A DNA stretch of 64,000 nt. Origin: an uncultured Pseudomonadales bacterium (GTDB lineage Bacteria; Pseudomonadota; Gammaproteobacteria; Pseudomonadales; Azotimanducaceae). Position numbers and translations under genes: made by a program. This document shows, in pieces, positions 1-9,307 of the stretch. The stretch's first letter is position 1, and each line of letters opens with the position of its first letter. Under the pieces are notes generated by a model. It worked only from the letters and a program-made list of their open reading frames with translations. It did not search any database and was not told the DNA's origin. The stretch covers positions 726,132-790,131 of the forward strand of contig OY282519.1 in NCBI GenBank assembly GCA_958296405.1, in the 5' to 3' direction.

Positions 1-1
1 G

Positions 2-1057
2 GACGACCACACCGAGTACTTCAAGAGCCACTTGGAATCGCTGCCGGCGCAGGAGCGGCGCGTCTATCTGGCGCTTGCGGAACTGTGGAAGCCGGCCAGC
101 ACCCGCGAGATCGCCGAGCAGGCGCGCTTGGACACCAGCAAGTGCAGCGCCCAACTGAAGCGCCTTGTCGAACGCGGCGCGGTGATCGTGGCCGGCGGCA
201 GCGCTCGGCGCAAGCTGCACTATCTGGCCGAGCGGCTGTACAACATCTACTACCTCCTACGGCGCGGACATGGCCCAGATCGCTTGTTGGAGGCGCTGGT
301 GCGCTTCATGGCCTCCTACTATTCCCTTAGGGAACTGAAAGATGTTGGCGTACGCTTGGTCGCGGACATCTCGAACGCGAGTGCCGAGGTGACGCCGCTG
401 TATCAGGGCACACTGACCAAGCTCTTGGCGTTGCCAGAACTGGGTGAGCACAGGGCCGAATTGCTGGCGAAGGCGGGCGAGGATTTGGTGAAGAGGGTTG
501 CTCCTAGTGACCTCGTGGCCGGCCAAGCGGAGGAAGCGCTGACCACTTATGAAGTCGGCCGCCTCCGCGGGACACCGACACCGGAGCTCAAGCGAGGCTT
601 GGGCCTCGCGCTCCTAGGGAAGGCATATGTGGAGCTCGAACTCCGTCGCTTCGGTCAGGCCATCGAGACGAGCACTCAAGCCATTCACGCTTGTCACGGC
701 CAAGCGCTGGAGGAGGGGTTGCTCAACGCTCACTGCATCCGGGCGCTGGCGTGCCTGCGGGACGGAACTGGCGAGTCAATGTACGAGGGCGACGTCCAAG
801 CCATGCTCGAACTCCTCTCGCAGCTTGACAGCATCCCCTCTCTGGTCATCGAAGTGCTTATCGTGGCGAGCATCAAACTAGGTGCGGCCACGGTGCGCGA
901 TTGGATTCTGACATCACCGGCAGCGGATCAGTTGCTGCCGCTGGCCACCGCCCTCGATCAAGAGCTTGGCCTCGAGACCAGCGTGGCGCAAGAGGTGGAC
1001 GAAGTCGCTCAGGACATCCGCCGAGAATTCAGCGAACTGCGGGAGGCCATCGAATGA
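2..1057 (+). CDS. 3' part of a larger gene (5' end outside window): winged-helix plus helical C-terminal region of a STAND/AAA-type ATPase-like protein
   Basis: The frame is open from nt 2 (DDHTEYFKSH precedes the TTG at 32), so the gene starts upstream of the window. LESLPAQERRVYLALAELWKPASTREIAEQARLD...LKRLVERGAV reads like a wHTH. ERLYNIYYLLRR resembles the segment that follows the wHTH in archaeal-type AAA/STAND ATPases. The remaining ~230 aa look helical. No NTPase motif lies inside the window. Confidence 0.5.
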   Translation, partial: DDHTEYFKSHLESLPAQERRVYLALAELWKPASTREIAEQARLDTSKCSAQLKRLVERGAVIVAGGSARRKLHYLAERLYNIYYLLRRGHGPDRLLEALVRFMASYYSLRELKDVGVRLVADISNASAEVTPLYQGTLTKLLALPELGEHRAELLAKAGEDLVKRVAPSDLVAGQAEEALTTYEVGRLRGTPTPELKRGLGLALLGKAYVELELRRFGQAIETSTQAIHACHGQALEEGLLNAHCIRALACLRDGTGESMYEGDVQAMLELLSQLDSIPSLVIEVLIVASIKLGAATVRDWILTSPAADQLLPLATALDQELGLETSVAQEVDEVAQDIRREFSELREAIE

Positions 1058-1138
1058 AGTCGCTGATCGCGCACCCATGGCAGCAGGCCCAAGCGTTTTG
1101 ATGTAGCTTGCCGCCGTTGCGCTCAAGGTGGATTTTCG

Positions 1139-1756
1139 ATGAACGTGGCCGCGGATGGGAGAGCGCGTTGCGGTTGGGGCCTTGGCGACAGCCTGTATCT
1201 GCGCTACCACGACGAGGAGTGGGGTGTTCCGGTGTGCCCGCCGGGCAGCGGCGCACCTGTCGGCCCCCTGTTCGAGCGCTTGGTGCTTGAGGGCATGCAG
1301 GCGGGCCTCTCTTGGCTCACGGTGTTGCGCAAGCGGGAAGCCATGCATCGCGCCTTCCATGCCTTCGATGTGGAGCGGCTCGCCGCCGCCGGCGAAGCCG
1401 ACATGGCGCGTTGGCTCAACGATGCCGGCGTCATCCGCCACGCCGGCAAGCTCGCGGCGATGGTAGGCAACGCGCGGGCGTTCCTTGCGCTGGACGATGC
1501 GGCGGGTTTTCTGTGGTCGTTTGTGGATGGGCAGCCACAGCGGAACCGTTGGCGGGACGCCGGAGACGTGCCGAGCAATACGCCGGCCTCCGCCGCGATG
1601 TCCCGCGCCCTGAAAAAGCTCGGCTTCAAGTTCGTCGGGCCAACCATCTGCTACGCCTTCATGCAGAGCGTCGGCATGGTGAACGACCATCTCGTCACCT
1701 GCTTCCGCCATCAGGAAGTGGTCGGCGCCGTGTGGATGGAGGACCATGCGGAATAG
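1139..1756 (+). CDS. tag: DNA-3-methyladenine glycosylase I
   Basis: 205-aa ORF with the Tag hallmark blocks YHDEEWGVP, LFERLVLEGMQAGLSW, GNARAFL and ICYAFMQSVGMVNDH. Confidence 0.9.
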   Translation: MNVAADGRARCGWGLGDSLYLRYHDEEWGVPVCPPGSGAPVGPLFERLVLEGMQAGLSWLTVLRKREAMHRAFHAFDVERLAAAGEADMARWLNDAGVIRHAGKLAAMVGNARAFLALDDAAGFLWSFVDGQPQRNRWRDAGDVPSNTPASAAMSRALKKLGFKFVGPTICYAFMQSVGMVNDHLVTCFRHQEVVGAVWMEDHAE

Positions 1757-2756
1757 TTGGCGCGCCTTGGCTGTGGTGGGCACGGCGCGGCTGATGGGCT
1801 GGTTGCCGCTTGCCGCGGCGCGCGTCCTCGGCGCCCTCGCCGGCAGGGTGGCTTGGAGTCTGCGTTTGCCGAGCGCCGCGGTCACCGTCGCCAACATTGA
1901 GCTTTGCTTTGCCGACCTGCCGCCCCAGGAGCGGCGCGCGCTGGCACGCCACAGCGTCTTGGAAACCTGCAAGGCCGCCGCCGAGATGGGTTTCGCGTGG
2001 CATGGGGGTTGGGATGCCTCACGCCGCGCCTTGGAGGTGGAAGAGGGCCTGGCCTTGCTGGATGAAGCCCGGCGCAGCGCGGGCGGGGCCGTGATCTTGG
2101 TGCCGCACTTCGGCAACTGGGAGTTCTTGGCGTTTGCCTTGGGGCGGCGGCTGCCGGTCACGTTCCTGTACGAGCGCCCCAAGGATGCCCTGCTCGATCG
2201 TGCGCTGGTGAAGGCGCGGTCGCGTTGGGGGATTGCCGTCGCCGGCACGGATTTGGCGGGCCTCAGGCAGGTGAAGCGGGTGCTGGCGGATGGCGGCGCG
2301 GTGGGGGTGTTGCCGGATCAAACCCCACGTCCGGATGCCGCGGTGAACGCGCCGTTCTTCGGCGTGGAGGTGGCCACGATGACGTTGGCGCAACGCCTGA
2401 TTGGGCCGCAAACCGTTGTCCTCTTGGCCACCGTGCAACGTTCGCGCCTGGGGTTTCGGGTTCGCTACGAGCGGGTGGAAGATGCGATTCGGAGCGCCTC
2501 CCCCAAGGTGAGCGCGACGGCCATGAACCGCGCCATCGAAGCGGCGGTGCGGCGCGACTTGGCGCAATACCAATGGGAATACAAGCGCTTTCGCCGCCGT
2601 CGCCGCCGCTCAGCTGCGCCAGTAGGCGGGCGTCAACAACACCAGCAAGGTGAATACCTCCAAACGCCCGAGCAGCATGGCGAGGGACAACAGCCACTTG
2701 GCCGGGGCGGAGAGCCCGGCATAGTTCAGGGCCACGTCGCCGAGCCCGGGCCCTAG
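1746..2756 (+). CDS. lpxL: Lipid A biosynthesis late acyltransferase (LpxL/HtrB family)
   Basis: ATG 1746 overlaps the tag stop by 11 nt. Contains the acyltransferase HX4(D/E) box PHFGNWE, an LPDQ block and C-terminal QYQWEYKRF (compare EQYLWxHRRFK in LpxL). Homology ends near aa 285, but there is no stop until 2756, so a ~50-aa low-complexity tail runs antisense to the trkH 3' end. Confidence 0.8.
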   Translation: MRNSWRALAVVGTARLMGWLPLAAARVLGALAGRVAWSLRLPSAAVTVANIELCFADLPPQERRALARHSVLETCKAAAEMGFAWHGGWDASRRALEVEEGLALLDEARRSAGGAVILVPHFGNWEFLAFALGRRLPVTFLYERPKDALLDRALVKARSRWGIAVAGTDLAGLRQVKRVLADGGAVGVLPDQTPRPDAAVNAPFFGVEVATMTLAQRLIGPQTVVLLATVQRSRLGFRVRYERVEDAIRSASPKVSATAMNRAIEAAVRRDLAQYQWEYKRFRRRRRRSAAPVGGRQQHQQGEYLQTPEQHGEGQQPLGRGGEPGIVQGHVAEPGP

Positions 2757-4046
2757 GTTGTTGAGGCAAGCGCCCACCGCGGAAAAGGCGGATTGGAAGT
2801 CCAACGAGGAGATGCCGAGCAACACGCACACCATGGCAAGAAACACGATCATGTAGGCGGCAAAGAAGCCCCATACGCCATCCAACACGCGGTCCGGCAC
2901 CACTTCCTTGCCGAGCTTCACCGGAAACACGCCGCTGGGGTGGATGAGGCGGCGGATCTCGCGCACCCCTTGGCGGATGATGAGCACAGCGCGCACCACC
3001 TTGATGCCCCCGGCGGTGGAGCCGGCGCAGCCGCCGACGAACGCTGCGAACAGGAGCAGAACCGGCGCGAAGGACGGCCAGACGCTGAAGTTGGTGGTGG
3101 TGAACCCGGTGGTGGTGGTGATGGACACCGCGTGAAAGAGGCCCTCGCGGAACGGGCTCGGCGTGGCGTCGAACCGGGCGAGAACCCAGATCACCAACGC
3201 CGCCACCACCGCGATGGTGGCGAGGTAGGTGCGCAACTCGATGTCTCTCAGGTACTGCTTCGGGCGACGCCAAGCGAGGAAGTGCAGGCCAAAGTTCATG
3301 CCGGCCAGGATCATGAACACGATCGCGACGGATTCCACCGCGCCGTTCTGAAAGTGGCCAAGGCTCGCGTCATGGGTGGAGAAGCCGCCGATCGCGACCG
3401 TGGAAAAAGCGTGGCAGATGGCGTCGAAGAGGCTCATGCCGGCCGCCCAATAGGCCGCGCCGCAAGCGAGCGTCAGCCCGCAATAGATGAGCCAGAGCGC
3501 GCGAGCCGTTTGCGTAATGCGTGGCGTGAGCTTGTTGTCCTTGACGGGCCCGGGGGATTCGGCGCGATATAGCTGCATGCCGCCCACGCCCAGCATCGGC
3601 AACACCGCCACGGCGAGCACGACGATGCCCATGCCGCCCAACCATTGCAGCAATTGTCGATAGAACAGGATGGCGCGGGGCAGCTCGTCCAAACCAGTGA
3701 TGACAGTCGCGCCGGTGGTGGTGAGGCCAGAAATGGACTCAAAGGCGGCGTCTGTGAACGAATCTGCAACGCCGGGCGACAGATAGATGGGCAACGCGCC
3801 AAAGAGGCCCAACCCCGCATAGAACAACACCGTGATGAGGAACCCCTCGCGGCTGCGCAGGTCCGCGCCCCGGCGTGGCAGCAAGCGCAGCGCAGCGCCC
3901 GTGCCCAAGGTGATGGCGAAGGCGGTGAGGAATGGCCGGAGCACGTCTTCCCCGTAGTGGAGCGCCACCAACAGCGGCGCGGCCATGGCCACGCTGAACA
4001 ACATCAGCAGGACGCCGGTGACGCGCAGGATGACGCTTAGGTGCAA
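2610..4046 (-). CDS. trkH: Trk-type K+ uptake membrane subunit TrkH
   Basis: Polytopic membrane protein with the repeated TTTGF/TTTGA and STVAIGGFS pore-loop-like blocks typical of TrkH. The longest ORF (to 4250) would overlap trkA. TTG at 4046 gives MHLSVILRVTGVLLMLFSVAMAAPLLVAL, matching the usual TrkH N-terminus (478 aa). Confidence 0.85.
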   Translation of the reverse strand: MHLSVILRVTGVLLMLFSVAMAAPLLVALHYGEDVLRPFLTAFAITLGTGAALRLLPRRGADLRSREGFLITVLFYAGLGLFGALPIYLSPGVADSFTDAAFESISGLTTTGATVITGLDELPRAILFYRQLLQWLGGMGIVVLAVAVLPMLGVGGMQLYRAESPGPVKDNKLTPRITQTARALWLIYCGLTLACGAAYWAAGMSLFDAICHAFSTVAIGGFSTHDASLGHFQNGAVESVAIVFMILAGMNFGLHFLAWRRPKQYLRDIELRTYLATIAVVAALVIWVLARFDATPSPFREGLFHAVSITTTTGFTTTNFSVWPSFAPVLLLFAAFVGGCAGSTAGGIKVVRAVLIIRQGVREIRRLIHPSGVFPVKLGKEVVPDRVLDGVWGFFAAYMIVFLAMVCVLLGISSLDFQSAFSAVGACLNNLGPGLGDVALNYAGLSAPAKWLLSLAMLLGRLEVFTLLVLLTPAYWRS

Positions 4047-4060
4047 GGCGCCGTCGTTCC

Positions 4061-5446
4061 CTAGAAAAAGGAGAGGCCCACCTGAAACAGCCGCTCCACA
4101 GCGGCCACGCGGCCCTTGTCGGTGAGCAGCAGGATGACGTGGTCTCCCGGCTCGATGGTGAAGTCGTCGCGCGCGGTCAGCACATCTTCGCCGCGCACGA
4201 CGGCGCCCAAGGTCGTGCCTGGCGGCAGCGGCAGCTCGCTCGCAAGGCATCCGGCCAACTTGCTCGTTTCGTGGACGACGGCTTCCATCGCTTCGGCGGC
4301 GCCGCGCCGAAGGCTATGCACCCGCGTCACGTCGCCGCGTCGAACGTGCTGCAGGATGGTGCCGGCGGTCGCCAGTTGCGGCGACAGCGCGACATCGATT
4401 TGGCCGCCCTCCATCAGATCGACATAGGCCGGCTTGCCGATGAGCGTCATGGCCCGCTTGGCGCCCAAGCGCTTCGACAACAGCGACGACATGACGTTCA
4501 CCTCGTCGTCGTTGGTGACGGCGCAGAAGGCGTCGGTGCGTTCGATGTTGTTTTCCAGCAACAGGTCGCCATCGGTGGCGTCGCCGTGGATGACGATTGC
4601 CGAGTGCAGCCGGTTGGCGAGCTCGTGGGCGCGCCGCTCGTCATGTTCCACCACCTTCACGGAAAAGCGCGGCTCGATGGCGCGGGCGAGATGCTCACCG
4701 ATGCGGCCGCCGCCGGCGATGATGACGCGGTGGGTGCGCGTCTCGTCGCGCCGCAACTCGGTCATCACGTTGTGGATGTTCGCTGCCGCGGCGATGAAGA
4801 ACACGTCGTCGTCGGCTTCAATCACGGTGTCGCCGTGCGGGATGATCGCCCGGTCGCGGCGAAAGATGGCGGCGACCCGCGCTTCGACATTGGGCATGTG
4901 GCGATGCAGGAGACGCAGCGCCTGTCCGACCAGTGGCCCGTCGCGCTGCGCCTTGACGGCGACGAGCTTGACGCGGCCGGCGGCGAAATCCACCACGAGC
5001 AGAGCGCCGGGATGATCCAGCAGTTCCGTGAACTGCTCTGTGACGACGCGCTCTGGGTTGATGAGCACGTCGATGGGCATGTGTTCCTTGGAGAAGAAGG
5101 TTTCTTCTTCGTCGTTCAAGTTGCTGCGGGCGTGGTAGGCATCCGCCCGGATGCGGGCGATCTTCGTTGGCGTGCGGAACATGGAATAGCACACTTGGCA
5201 GGCCACCATGTTCACTTCATCGTGTGGCGTCACCGCGATGAGCATGTCGGCATCCTTGGCGCCGGCCATTTCCAGCACGTCTGGGCGCGATGCGTGGCCG
5301 GTGATGGTGCGGATGTCCAGCCGGCGACGCAGGTCCAATAGGCGCGTCTCGTTGTTATCGACGATGGTGATGTCGAAGTCTTCGTTGGCGAGTTGGCTGG
5401 CGAGGGTGCCGCCCACTTGGCCGGCGCCGAGAATGAGGATGTTCAC
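4061..5446 (-). CDS. trkA: Trk system NAD-binding peripheral subunit TrkA
   Basis: GTG at 5446 gives M-NILILGAGQVGGTLASQL (Rossmann GxGxxG). A second GGGRIGEHLA Rossmann motif lies in the C-terminal half, as in two-domain TrkA. The start overlaps the rsmB stop as GTGA. Confidence 0.9.
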   Translation of the reverse strand: MNILILGAGQVGGTLASQLANEDFDITIVDNNETRLLDLRRRLDIRTITGHASRPDVLEMAGAKDADMLIAVTPHDEVNMVACQVCYSMFRTPTKIARIRADAYHARSNLNDEEETFFSKEHMPIDVLINPERVVTEQFTELLDHPGALLVVDFAAGRVKLVAVKAQRDGPLVGQALRLLHRHMPNVEARVAAIFRRDRAIIPHGDTVIEADDDVFFIAAAANIHNVMTELRRDETRTHRVIIAGGGRIGEHLARAIEPRFSVKVVEHDERRAHELANRLHSAIVIHGDATDGDLLLENNIERTDAFCAVTNDDEVNVMSSLLSKRLGAKRAMTLIGKPAYVDLMEGGQIDVALSPQLATAGTILQHVRRGDVTRVHSLRRGAAEAMEAVVHETSKLAGCLASELPLPPGTTLGAVVRGEDVLTARDDFTIEPGDHVILLLTDKGRVAAVERLFQVGLSFF

Positions 5447-6723
5447 CGCTTTTCGATGCGTGCGTAGAAGAAGCCGTCGGGTCCGCCGCAGGTAGGCAAG
5501 AGCGCTCTGCCGCAGGCCGTTGGCCGGCCCCAAGCCGCCGCGATCGGGGCAATGGCGGCACTTGGCGTCGCGTCCACAAAGCCCTGCACCACGGCGTCGT
5601 TCTCCTCGGGGAGGATCGAGCATGCACAATAGAGCAGCGTGCCGCCGTGTGAAAGCATGAGCCACAGGTTGTCGAGCATGGCGCGTTGCTGGGCCGCGGC
5701 GCGCGTCACGTCCTTGGCGGCGCGCGACACCTTGATGTCTGGGTGCCGGCGCAGCGTGCCGGTGCCGGAGCAGGGGGCATCAACGAGAATGGCGTCGAAC
5801 GGCTCGCCATGCCACCAGCAACGGGCGGTGGCATCGCCGGCGACGATGGCGTGGAGTGGATGGCCCAACCGCCGGCTCTCCGCGCACAGGTGGGCAAGCC
5901 GTTCGGGATTCGCGTCCAACGCCGTCACCGCAACGTGCGGATGGCGTTCCTGGAAGTGAAACGCCTTGCCGCCGGGCGCCGCGCAAGCATCCAGCATCCG
6001 CGCCCCTCGCGCAGCCGGCAACAGGGTGGCGGCGAGCTGCGCCCCTTCGTCCTGCACCGAAACGAGACCGTCGGCAAACCCCGGCAGCGTCTGCGTGCGC
6101 GTGGGCGTGGCCAACACCAGCGTCTCAGGCGTCAAGCCTTGGCGATGCTTGCAGCCGGCGGCATCGAGGCGCTTGCGATACGCGGGTGCGCTGATCTTCG
6201 TCGCGTTCACGCGCAGCGCCATCGGCGCCCGGCTGTTGTTGGCGCGGAACAGCGCTGGGCAATGCGCGGGCCACGCCGCCTCGAATGCCCGCAGCATCCA
6301 AGCGGGATGATCCCAGCGTTGCGTTGCATCCGCGGCGGTGGCCGGCGCTTCGGCTAGGCGCCGCAGAGCGCCGTTCACCAACCCTTTGGCCCACGGGCGG
6401 CGCAATTGATGCGTCGCGGCGACGGTCTCGGACACCGCCGCGTGGGGCGGGATGCGCGTGTGCCGCAACTGGTAGGCGCCGATCACGAGCAGTGCGTGCA
6501 GCACTGCGTCGCGGGGCTTGAGCGGCCGCGCCAAGCGGGCATCGACTTGGGCGGCCAAGGAGTAATAGTGGCGGCAGGCGCCGTAGGCGAGTTCGGTCAA
6601 GAGCGGCGCCGCGTCCGCGCCAAGGGATGCCTCGAGGCGAATGCTCCGATGGCGCACGGCATGGACGGCGCGCGCAGCGCGAGCGCGGGTGACGGCTGCG
6701 TCGGGGCCGCTAGGCGCCGACAT
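5443..6723 (-). CDS. rsmB: 16S rRNA (cytosine967-C5)-methyltransferase RsmB
   Basis: 426 aa. N-terminal NusB-like region, then a SAM methyltransferase core (LDACAAPGGK, DAILVDAPCSGTG, LLYCACSI..EEN). Conserved position between fmt and trkA. Confidence 0.9.
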   Translation of the reverse strand: MSAPSGPDAAVTRARAARAVHAVRHRSIRLEASLGADAAPLLTELAYGACRHYYSLAAQVDARLARPLKPRDAVLHALLVIGAYQLRHTRIPPHAAVSETVAATHQLRRPWAKGLVNGALRRLAEAPATAADATQRWDHPAWMLRAFEAAWPAHCPALFRANNSRAPMALRVNATKISAPAYRKRLDAAGCKHRQGLTPETLVLATPTRTQTLPGFADGLVSVQDEGAQLAATLLPAARGARMLDACAAPGGKAFHFQERHPHVAVTALDANPERLAHLCAESRRLGHPLHAIVAGDATARCWWHGEPFDAILVDAPCSGTGTLRRHPDIKVSRAAKDVTRAAAQQRAMLDNLWLMLSHGGTLLYCACSILPEENDAVVQGFVDATPSAAIAPIAAAWGRPTACGRALLPTCGGPDGFFYARIEKR

Positions 6724-7696
6724 CGCAGCGTGCGCCGGGCTTGAAGAGATCCGGGTAGCCGTTGGCGGCGCTCAGGGCAGTCATGGGGCGCCCCTTGCCG
6801 CGAGCGAGCTGCACCGTTTCCAGCACCAGCGCTCCAGCGCCGCAACCGACGGCGAAGCTGCGCCCGTGCTTGACGAGCTCACCGGGCGGCGCGTTGGCTG
6901 GGATGGCGCTGGCGGCGAGCACGTTCATGCGCACCCGTTCGCTGCGCTCTCCGCTGCACGGCCCCTGCCCTCCGCTAGGTGCCCGCGCTCCGGCCGGCCC
7001 GCGCAGGTGGGTGCGAGCGGGTTGCCGGCCCGCCAAGGCGCGCACTTGGCGTTCGATGTCGGTGGCGGGGCGAGACCAATCGATGATCGCGTCAGACGCG
7101 GTGAGTTTCGGCGCGTAGGTGGCGCGGGCATCATCTTGGGGCGTGGCGCCAAGGTCGTCGAGGCGGTCCAAGCAATCAAGGAGCGCTGTCGCGCCCACTT
7201 CGGCGAGCTGCGCCGTGAGCGTGGCGCCGGTGTCCGCCGCGTCGATGCCCACCTCCCTGCGCAACAGCACGGGCCCCGTGTCCAACCCGGCTTCCATCTG
7301 CATGATGCTGACGCCGGTGATGGCATCCCCGGCCATGATGGCGCGTTCCACGGGTGCCGCGCCGCGCCAGCGGGGCAGCAAGGAGGCGTGGACGTTGAGG
7401 CAGCAGCGCGTCGGTGCAACGAGGGCGGTGGGCGGCAGGATGAGCCCATACGCGGCGACGACGAGCACATCCAAGCCAGAGAGCCAGCGTTCCTGCGCGT
7501 GGAAGCGTTTCGGCGTCTGCACGCACAGGCCCTGCGCCTCGGCGGCCACACGCACCGGGCTTGGCATGAGGCGGCGCCGGCGCCCAGCCGGTCGGTCCGG
7601 CTGGGTGAAGACCACCGCCACGGCATGGCGCGAGCCGATGAGTGCCGCGAGGATGCGCTCGGCGAACTCTGGAGTGCCGGCGAAGCCGAGCCGCAT
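6710..7696 (-). CDS. fmt: Methionyl-tRNA formyltransferase
   Basis: The internal ATG at 7696 gives MRLGFAGTPEFAERIL, the canonical Fmt N-terminus. Also has HASLLPRWRGAAP and SIMQM..GLDTGPV blocks. The longer ORF (to 7873) would overlap def. The C-terminal domain carries a ~19-aa Gly/Arg/Pro-rich insertion relative to E. coli Fmt (aligned by eye). Confidence 0.9.
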   Translation of the reverse strand: MRLGFAGTPEFAERILAALIGSRHAVAVVFTQPDRPAGRRRRLMPSPVRVAAEAQGLCVQTPKRFHAQERWLSGLDVLVVAAYGLILPPTALVAPTRCCLNVHASLLPRWRGAAPVERAIMAGDAITGVSIMQMEAGLDTGPVLLRREVGIDAADTGATLTAQLAEVGATALLDCLDRLDDLGATPQDDARATYAPKLTASDAIIDWSRPATDIERQVRALAGRQPARTHLRGPAGARAPSGGQGPCSGERSERVRMNVLAASAIPANAPPGELVKHGRSFAVGCGAGALVLETVQLARGKGRPMTALSAANGYPDLFKPGARCDVGA

Positions 7697-7746
7697 GGCC
7701 CGCCCGGAGTGGGGCGCCGCCTCGCTTTCCCCGGTGCTGGCGGAAG

Positions 7747-8259
7747 TCAACGCGCCGTCGCTTCTTGGCGGCGCAGCTTCGAGAGCCGGCGGCGGATGCG
7801 GTCGCGTTTCAGGCTGGATAGGTAATCCACGAACAGCTTGCCGTCCAGATGGTCGCACTCGTGCTGGATGCACACGGCGAGCAGATCTTGCGCTTGCATC
7901 TCGAACGGCTTGCCGTCCCGGTCCAAGGCGGACACGCGAATGCGCTCCGCGCGCGGCACCACCTCGTAGAAGCTTGGCACAGAGAGGCAGCCTTCTTCTC
8001 GTTCCTGCGTGCTTTCCGGCGCGCTGAGCTGCGGGTTGATGAGCACCAGCGGCGCGTCTTGGGTGGCCGACACGTCGATGACGACGATGCGCTGGTGAAC
8101 GTCCACCTGCGTCGCCGAGAGGCCGATGCCGGGTGCCTCGTACATGGTGTCGAGCAAATCGTCCGCCAGCTTGCGCGTGGCGCTGGTCACTCGTTCAACC
8201 GGCTGCGCCTTGGTGCGCAGGCGCGGGTCCGGAAACTCAAGAATCGGCAACAGCGCCAT
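7747..8259 (-). CDS. def: Peptide deformylase
   Basis: 170 aa with [16 protein letters not shown] and QHECDHLDG, the three deformylase motifs. Sits upstream of fmt. Confidence 0.95.
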   Translation of the reverse strand: MALLPILEFPDPRLRTKAQPVERVTSATRKLADDLLDTMYEAPGIGLSATQVDVHQRIVVIDVSATQDAPLVLINPQLSAPESTQEREEGCLSVPSFYEVVPRAERIRVSALDRDGKPFEMQAQDLLAVCIQHECDHLDGKLFVDYLSSLKRDRIRRRLSKLRRQEATAR

Positions 8260-8443
8260 GCGGCAGTCCAGCGCGTTTGGGGTGGCAATGATAGGAGCTT
8301 AGGCCGTTGCTCGGAAGCGCCGGGGCGAGCGCTGTGGCGCCGCGGCGGCGGCTCGCCCGACGACGCAAGCCCGTTTGGGCGTTGCCGCCGTGTGAGCCTT
8401 GGCCTACAGACGCTGCCGCGGGCTTGCGGTAAAACGGCGCACC

Positions 8444-9289
8444 ATGTTCCAGACCCTGCGCGGCGCGCGCCTGCCGGAGTGCTTGCTCGCCATTCCAGAC
8501 CCGCCGGCGCGCTTGCATGTGCGCGGCGACGCCGCCGTGCTCGGTGCGCCAAGCGTGGCCATCGTCGGCAGCCGCCGTGCGTCCGGCGCTGGGCGCGAGA
8601 TCGCCCATGCGCTGGCCCGTGAGTTGAGCGCTGCCGGCTTGGTTGTGGTGAGCGGCTTGGCGCATGGCATCGATGCCGCCGCCCATCGTGGCGCGTTGGC
8701 CGCGGGCGGGCGCACGGTCGCTGTGTTCGGCGGCGGCCTCAACCGAGTGTATCCGAGCGCCCACGCGAGGCTTGCCGAGCAGATCGTGGCCGCCGGCGGC
8801 GCCCTCGCCTCGGAGTATGCGGCGGAGCGCGCGCCGCGCAAGCATCAGTTTCCGGAACGCAACCGACTCATCAGCGGCCTCGCGCTCGGCGTTGTGATCG
8901 TGGAGGCGACTGTGGCGAGCGGCTCGCTCATCACGGCGCGCATGGCCGCCGAGCAAGGCCGCGAGGTGATGGCGGTGCCGGGCCCGGTCGCCAGCCCGTT
9001 GTCGGGCGGCTGCCACCGCTTGTTGAAAAGTGGTGCCGCGCTCATCGAAAACGTGGACGACATCCTGTTTGCCATTGGCTTTGAGCCCGCGCCGGCGCCA
9101 TCGTCGAACGCGCCGCCAGCGTCCTTGGCCGCGGTGTTCGAGCAGGTAGGCGCCGAGGTCACTTCCCTCGATCGCGTCGCGGCCGCGGTCGGCCTGTCGC
9201 CGCAAGCGGCGACGCAGGCGCTCGCGGAACTGGAACTGCTGGGATTTGTCGCCCCCCACCGCGGCGGGTATATTCGCTGCCTTTCCTGA
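8444..9289 (+). CDS. dprA: DNA processing/protecting protein DprA (Smf)
   Basis: VAIVGSRRAS..G, VVSGLAHGIDAAAHRGAL, FGGGLNRVYP and FPERNRLISGL are DprA Rossmann-domain blocks. Divergent from def, as in many proteobacteria. The start is uncertain (ATG 8444 or TTG 8399). Either way the N-terminal SAM-like region is short. Confidence 0.8.
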   Translation: MFQTLRGARLPECLLAIPDPPARLHVRGDAAVLGAPSVAIVGSRRASGAGREIAHALARELSAAGLVVVSGLAHGIDAAAHRGALAAGGRTVAVFGGGLNRVYPSAHARLAEQIVAAGGALASEYAAERAPRKHQFPERNRLISGLALGVVIVEATVASGSLITARMAAEQGREVMAVPGPVASPLSGGCHRLLKSGAALIENVDDILFAIGFEPAPAPSSNAPPASLAAVFEQVGAEVTSLDRVAAAVGLSPQAATQALAELELLGFVAPHRGGYIRCLS

Positions 9290-9307
9290 GTTGGGTGAGA
9301 GCCGCTT

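Noticed and set aside
4047-4250. The longest-ORF starts for trkH (4250), and likewise trkA (5665), fmt (7873), tsaC (9679), ctaA (11065), cyoE (11807), galE (13063), egtD (15104), the thiolase-like gene (31643), the MBL hydrolase (38710), recB (43250), waaC (50470) and glnE (55168).
   Set aside because: Each extension overlaps the preceding gene by tens to hundreds of codons and encodes Arg/Pro/Gly-rich sequence. Internal ATG, GTG or TTG codons reproduce the canonical family N-termini and often form ATGA/GTGA/TTGA/TGATG overlaps with the upstream stop.
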